Of a stretch of 64,000 bases of DNA, positions 62,701 through 64,000 are shown in pieces. The translations under genes and the position numbers were made by a program. Positions within the stretch are counted from its first letter, which is position 1, and every line of letters starts with the position of its first letter. The notes beneath the pieces are model-generated. The model ran no database searches. It saw nothing but the letters and a program-made list of their open reading frames with translations, and was not told the origin of the DNA. The DNA is from Paracoccaceae bacterium (GTDB lineage Bacteria; Pseudomonadota; Alphaproteobacteria; Rhodobacterales; Rhodobacteraceae). The stretch covers positions 2,521,983 to 2,585,982 of the forward strand of contig OZ244783.1 in the NCBI GenBank assembly GCA_965219635.1, in the 5' to 3' direction.

Positions 62701-64000
62701 GAGAAGGTGAAAGTCGCCGTAAACGCCACTTTCGTAGTCGCCGGGACTCCCGTGATCGCCACCGTCAAAGGCGCTTTCGGCGTGGCTGTCGTAGTTGCTG
62801 CCTCGCCGTCGCCAGCGCTGTTGATTGCGCGGACGGCAAAGGTGTAGTCGACACGGTTGCTCAGGCCCTCCGCCTTGTAGGAGGTCGCTGTGGAATCAAG
62901 GTCAGTCCAAGTGTCGGTTGAACCGAATGGCAGATCTCTTGTGCGCTTCGAACGAACCTGAACCTTGCTGATAACGCTTGCGTTTGTCGGCAAGTCCCAA
63001 CTCAGATCCGCCTCGCCATCACCGCCGGTGGCGCTCAAATTCGTAGGCGCGCCGGGAACCGCAAGCACAGGCGAGGCCGTCACCTCGTCTGATGCCTCCC
63101 CGTTGCCGGAGGCATTCACCGCACGGATTTTGAATCCATAGGTGGTGCCGTTGGTCAAACCGGTAACCGCGTGAGTTGTGGAGCTTGCACCGCTGCCGGC
63201 GATTTCCGTCCAGTTGCCGAATTGGCCATCACCTTCCTTCTGTTGAATCCAGTATCTGGTGATGTTGGGATCTCCTGGGTCGTCCCAACTCAACGCAAGG
63301 TGAGTGTCTCCAACACTCTCTACTGCAAGTCCGGCCGGTTTTGCTGGAACACCGGTCGGTGTTGCTGATGATGTTGAAGAGCCCGTGCCGTCACCAAGTC
63401 CGCTCACCGCTCGCACCTGGAACACATATGATTGTCCGTTGATCAAACCGGTGACGGTATGGCCAGTGGTGCTGGCATCGCTGCCCGTTATGGCTGTCCA
63501 CAAGCCGCCATCGCCACTGTTGAAAACCGACTCATGCGACCCCTGTTTGTAACGCACATGGTAACCGGTAACGGCTGTGTCTTCGGTAGCATCCCAGGTC
63601 AGAGACACCCCGCCTGAGGAGCCGGTGTGCGTAGCCAATAGGCCGGTCGGAGCATCCGGCACCGTCGGAGCTGGCGGGTTTGGATGCCTTGTCGAGAAAA
63701 TGGCCTTTTGGCCGCCGAGTGTGAATTCGAGATGAAAGTCGTCATCGTTCAACGTCTGCTTCAAGGTACCGTTGAACGTGGCTCTTTTGCCTTCAATCGA
63801 GTAGATGCCGTTTTCGGTGTCTACGTTATCATCTCGTAACCCAAAATTTAAGCGATTAGAATGTGCAACAAAGGACAGATTTGTGCTGTATCCTTGCAGA
63901 CTAGGACGACTATGTCCGTCGTAGGCTTCAACCTCGCTAAAAACCAAAGGAGCACCTTGATAATAAGTCCACGGGCCCCTCTCCATGAGGCCGTACCTGT
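50709..64000 (-). CDS. Giant autotransporter-type adhesin, 5'-partial: head domain + 3 FN3 + 36 Ig-like repeats + He_PIG-like module + C-terminal beta-barrel
   Basis: Uninterrupted ORF of 4,425 codons from ATG 63986. The frame stays open to the window edge, no signal peptide is present, and the paralogue has about 140 more N-terminal residues, so the true start is probably beyond 64000. The C-terminal ~365 aa (about 50712-51806) starts at the GGWTVWGRGDYRRFQG strand and ends GVGVHWDF. Confidence 0.85.
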   Translation of the reverse strand, partial: RYGLMERGPWTYYQGAPLVFSEVEAYDGHSRPSLQGYSTNLSFVAHSNRLNFGLRDDNVDTENGIYSIEGKRATFNGTLKQTLNDDDFHLEFTLGGQKAIFSTRHPNPPAPTVPDAPTGLLATHTGSSGGVSLTWDATEDTAVTGYHVRYKQGSHESVFNSGDGGLWTAITGSDASTTGHTVTGLINGQSYVFQVRAVSGLGDGTGSSTSSATPTGVPAKPAGLAVESVGDTHLALSWDDPGDPNITRYWIQQKEGDGQFGNWTEIAGSGASSTTHAVTGLTNGTTYGFKIRAVNASGNGEASDEVTASPVLAVPGAPTNLSATGGDGEADLSWDLPTNASVISKVQVRSKRTRDLPFGSTDTWTDLDSTATSYKAEGLSNRVDYTFAVRAINSAGDGEAATTTATPKAPLTVAITGVPATTKVAFTATFTFSEAVTGFVQGDITVSGATLGDFTETTPGTVWTATITPTGLPPSLDYSLSVAANVAVNADGVGNEASSVESGIHDPPPVLTITGVPSAANGPFTATFTFSEPVTGFEVGDIGLTNATLDDFKEDTDATAGTVWTAEITPAGAYALSVAAGVATDSTGNGNTAADANGTYDTVAPSITISGVPATTNGPFMATFTFDEPVTGFEESDIGLTNATADEFRETQDPTAETVWTAKISPSGDYTVSVASGVATDAAGNGNTAATSATGDFDTTKPDVTITGAPAVTNGPFTATFTFTEPVTGFVKDDIGLVNATSDDFEEDTEATAGTVWTAEITPSGDYTVSVAADVATDAAGNGNTAATSATGVYDTTKPDVTITGVPAVTNGPFTATFTFTEPVTGFVNDDIGLVNATSDDFAEDTEETTGTVWTAEITPSGDYTVSVAADVATDAAGNNNTAATSATGDYDIAKPDVTISGVPAITNGPFTATFTFTEPVTGFVNDDIGLVNATSDDFAEDTEETTGTVWTAEITPSGDYTVSVAADVATDAAGNSNTAATSATGDYDIAKPDVTVSGVPAITNGPFTATFTFTEPVTGFVKDDIGLINATSDDFEEDTEATAGTVWTAEITPTGAYTVSVAADIATDAAGNGNTAATSTTGVYDATKPDVSISGVPTLTNGAFTATFTFTEPVMGFEAGDIGLVNAASDKFEADTEATAGTVWTVEITPSGDYTVSVAADVATDAAGNGNTAATTVSGNYDATAPTVTIKGVPTATNTLPFTATFEFSEAVTGFEAGDISVSGGSAGNFTLVSAGTEWTATITPSGTGDPPSNYSVSVTADAATDAAGNGSTAASASGVYDTQKPGVTITGVLATANTEFTATFTFSEVVTGFEVGEITLTGATASEFTEATPGTVWTAKITPSGTGDPPSDYTVAVAANVAEDAAGNGNTAATTITGTFDVVPSVTISDVPDATNAPFTATFTFSETVTGFQIGDITVSGGTAGNLSVVTAGTVWTALITPDGDGDPPTNYSVLVAADVAADATGNSNTASATESGVYDTVAPTVTITGVPAATNGAFTATFTFSEAVTGFEVGDITVSGGTAGNFAVVTAGTAWSAEITPTADYSVSVAADVAEDAAGNGNTAATDASGVFDTASPTVTITGVPAAANGAFTATFTFSEAVTGFEVGDITVGGGTAGNFAVVTAGTAWSAEITPTADYSVSVAADVAEDAAGNGNTASATSSGVFDTASPTVTITGVPAAANGVFTATFTFSEAVTGFEVGDITVGGGTAGNFAVDDNAAAGTVWTAEITPTADYSVSVATDVAEDAAGNGNTASATSSGVFDTASPTVTITGVPAAANGVFTATFTFSEAVTGFEVGDITVGGGTAGNFAVVTAGTAWSAEITPTADYTVSVAADVAEDAAGNGNTASATSSGVFDTASPTVTITGVPAAANGVFTATFTFSEAVTGFEVGDITVGGGTAGNFAVVTAGTAWSAEITPTADYTVSVAADVAEDAAGNGNTASATSSGVFDTASPTVTITGVPAAANGAFTATFTFSEAVTGFEVGDITVGGGTAGNFAVDGNAEAGTVWTAEITPTADYTVSVAADVAEDAAGNGNTASATSSGVFDTASPTVTITGVPAAANGAFTATFTFSEAMTGFEVGDITVGGGTAGNFAVDGNAASGTVWTAEITPTADYSVSVAAGVAEDAAGNGNTASATSSGVYDTGRPGVTISGVPAATNGAFTATITFTEAVTGFEVGDITVGGGTAGNFAVDGNAAAGTVWTAEITPSGTGDPPTNYSVSVAENVATDDAGNGNTAATAVTGVYETVAPTVTITGVPAAANGAFTATFTFSEAVTGFEVGDITVGGGTAGNFAVDANAEAGTVWTAEITPTADYTVSVAAGVAEDAAGNGNTASATSSGVYDTGRPGVTISGVPAVTNVAFTATFTFSEAVTGFEVGDITVGGGTAGNFAVDGNAAAGTVWTAEITPTADYTVSVAAGVAEDAAGNGNTASATSSGVYDTASPTVTITGVPAAANGAFTATFTFSEAVTGFEVGDITVGGGTAGNFAVDGNAAAGTVWTAEITPSGTGNPPTNYSVSVAADVAEDAAGNGNTAAAAITGVYDTGRPGVTISGVPATTNGAFTATFTFTEKMNGFVSSDITVNGGSVSNFAVVTAGTVWTARITPTANYSVSVAENVATDDAGNSNTASATASGVYDTARPGVTISGVPAATNGPFTATFTFTEKVNGFVIGDITVDGGTAGDFTEATTGRVWTAEITPTANYSVSVAADVAEDAAGNGNTAAAAVTGVYDTDRPRVSISGVPATTNGAFTVTFTFTEKVNGFVSSDITVNGASVSNFAVVTAGTVWTARITPTANYSVSVAENVATDDASNSNTASATASGVYDTARPGVTISGVPAATNGPFTATFTFTEKVNGFVLGDITVNGGTAGRFTETTTGTVWTAEITPTANYSVSVAQNVATDDAGNGNTAAAAVTGVYDTGRPSVTISGVPAATNGPFTATFTFTEKVNGFVVRGITVSGGTAGDFKETTTGRVWTAEITPTRNFSVSVAANAATDDAGNGNTAATAVSGVYDTARPGVTISGVPAATNGAFTATFTFTEEVNGFVASDISVNGGSVSNFTETRADTTWTAVITPTRNFSVSVGENVATDDAGNSNTASATASGVYDTARPGVSISGVPATTNGPFTATFTFTEKVNDFVVGDITVSGGTASQFTEATTGQVWTAQITPIADYSVSVAANVATDDAGNNNTASATASGVYDTERPGVTISGVPTATNGPFTATFTFTEEVNDFAVSDISVSGSTAGDFRETTTGRVWTAVITPTRNFSVSVAENVATDDAGNGNLAATAITGVFDIDRPGVTISGVPAATNGAFTATFNFTEKVNGFVASDISVNGGSVSNFTETRADTTWTAVITPTRNFSVSVAENVATDDAGNRNTASAAASGVYDTARPGVTISDVPAATNGPFTATFTFTERVNDFVVGDITVSGGTAGRFTETTTGQVWTAEITPTANYSVSVAENVATDDAGNNNTASATASGVYDTARPGVSISGVPAATNGAFTATFTFTEEVNDFVAGDITVSGGTASNFTETTFGRVWTARITPSTDYSISVAADAAMDAAGNGNTASATASGVYDTASPTVTITGVPALTNGTFTATFAFSEAIDGFEVGDIGLSGATASNFTETRAGTTWTATIMPTANYSVWVAANAATDVAGNGNTAAEAVSGTFDAIRPGVTIAGVPVATNGPFTVTVTFSETVNGFVDRDISVSGGSVSEFTETTAGRVWTATVTPTENFSVSVAEYVAADDAGNGNTAAEAVSGIYDITPPTVEISGVPEAASEAFTATFTFSKVVSGFEIDDITLTGATVTDFEETTANTVWTATITPTANYSVSVAADVAVDAAGNGNAASETISGRLDLLPSFAGVSIEDKTYTVNTEVEAEALPEPAGGDNPFTYSLAPDLPAGLAFKAGTRELSGTPTVAQPATTYTYTATDADGDAVSLTFAITVEAASLEDEKQSARVVLSEVARVTLASMNSVIDVRLGSTPGTNSLTLGGRQIDGSTALKNLNLTPGQETGGWWSGGRASDGYYRSIEDAEMLDGSAFTLSLSEEDAGEHYGGWTVWGRGDYRRFQGRTELGSLDGTVKSAWLGFDTWASERLLAGVAISRSRGETDSLTMAGNARFDTSLTVAWPYMQLTLPNGSGSVRAVVGYGSGEARHRSADGEVSTADLDFRAASLGARWAVARQGLVTFSVPVGVEMARMETQGPETSAIGNLDATSWRATGGIEAVHAGVALPDSGWMLSPRGSLSLRWDGGDGVTGAGVEVGGGLRLHAPHSRLSVDASGNWLATHTEDGQREWGLSISARLAPEARGRGLSMSLRQEWGTQQEDVLSDDTIFQQGNGNSQLTPGTLAAQAGYGFGMMSGLLTLSADARLTTGEEEVPLYGAGVGFELPGGLAATFRGEHVESVDPDTRIGVGVHWDF
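52395..62771 (-). repeat. Coding tandem array: 36 Ig-like modules of 93-103 aa (279-309 bp period)
   Basis: Counted in the translation. Every unit carries (V/I)(T/S)I(T/S)GVP...FTATFTFSE.V.GF...DI.V.G......WTA.ITP...Y.VSV....A.D.AGN.N. 405 aa + 3,459 aa + 561 aa = 4,425 aa. Confidence 0.9.

Noticed and set aside
52395-62771. Strongly periodic repeats that could superficially suggest a CRISPR-like or satellite array
   Set aside because: The period is 279-309 bp. There is no short repeat/spacer alternation, and the whole region is one continuous in-frame ORF encoding Ig-like modules. This is coding tandem duplication, not CRISPR.
52009-62847. Dozens of plus-strand ORFs (MISAVHTVPA..., MILAVHTVP..., up to 206 aa at 53845-54465) and Arg-rich minus-strand ORFs inside the array
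   Set aside because: They are antisense or off-frame shadows of the GC-rich repeat and recur with the same periodicity. They have no start context and low-complexity Arg/Pro/Ala compositions. The 4,425-codon frame explains the region.

Overview
64-kb window, about 58-60% GC by eye. The gene content and order (rpmH-rnpA-yidD-yidC-engB-argB, aapJQMP, rpsM-rpsK-rpoA-rplQ, rarA-crcB-rluC-ATP12) look alphaproteobacterial, Hyphomicrobiales/Rhodobacterales-like; this is an inference. Housekeeping blocks alternate with accessory modules. (i) A LacI-controlled CUT2 sugar ABC transporter plus lactonase, divergent from an EthD-SDR-GH31 operon. (ii) A low-GC patch next to tRNA-Arg carrying one orphan histidine-kinase-like gene. 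(iii) A family of three C-terminal-barrel autotransporter loci: a giant ORF of more than 4,425 aa that runs off the right edge (3 FN3, 36 tandem Ig-like modules, 1 He_PIG-like module, then the barrel), an 867-aa 'mini' paralogue wedged between engB and argB, and a frameshifted translocator-only remnant upstream of rpmH. (iv) A thiBPQ operon with a TPP riboswitch plus an MlrC-like M81 peptidase, bracketed by two diverged but intact copies of rplQ (L17), with a decayed rpoA 3' fragment beside the extra copy. (v) A second LacI / CUT1 ABC / GH32-like sugar module abutting rpsM. I found no rRNA, CRISPR, transposase, integrase or phage genes. The most unusual items are the giant Ig-repeat autotransporter family and the L17 duplication. 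All calls come from reading the translations and the DNA by eye; no database search was run.
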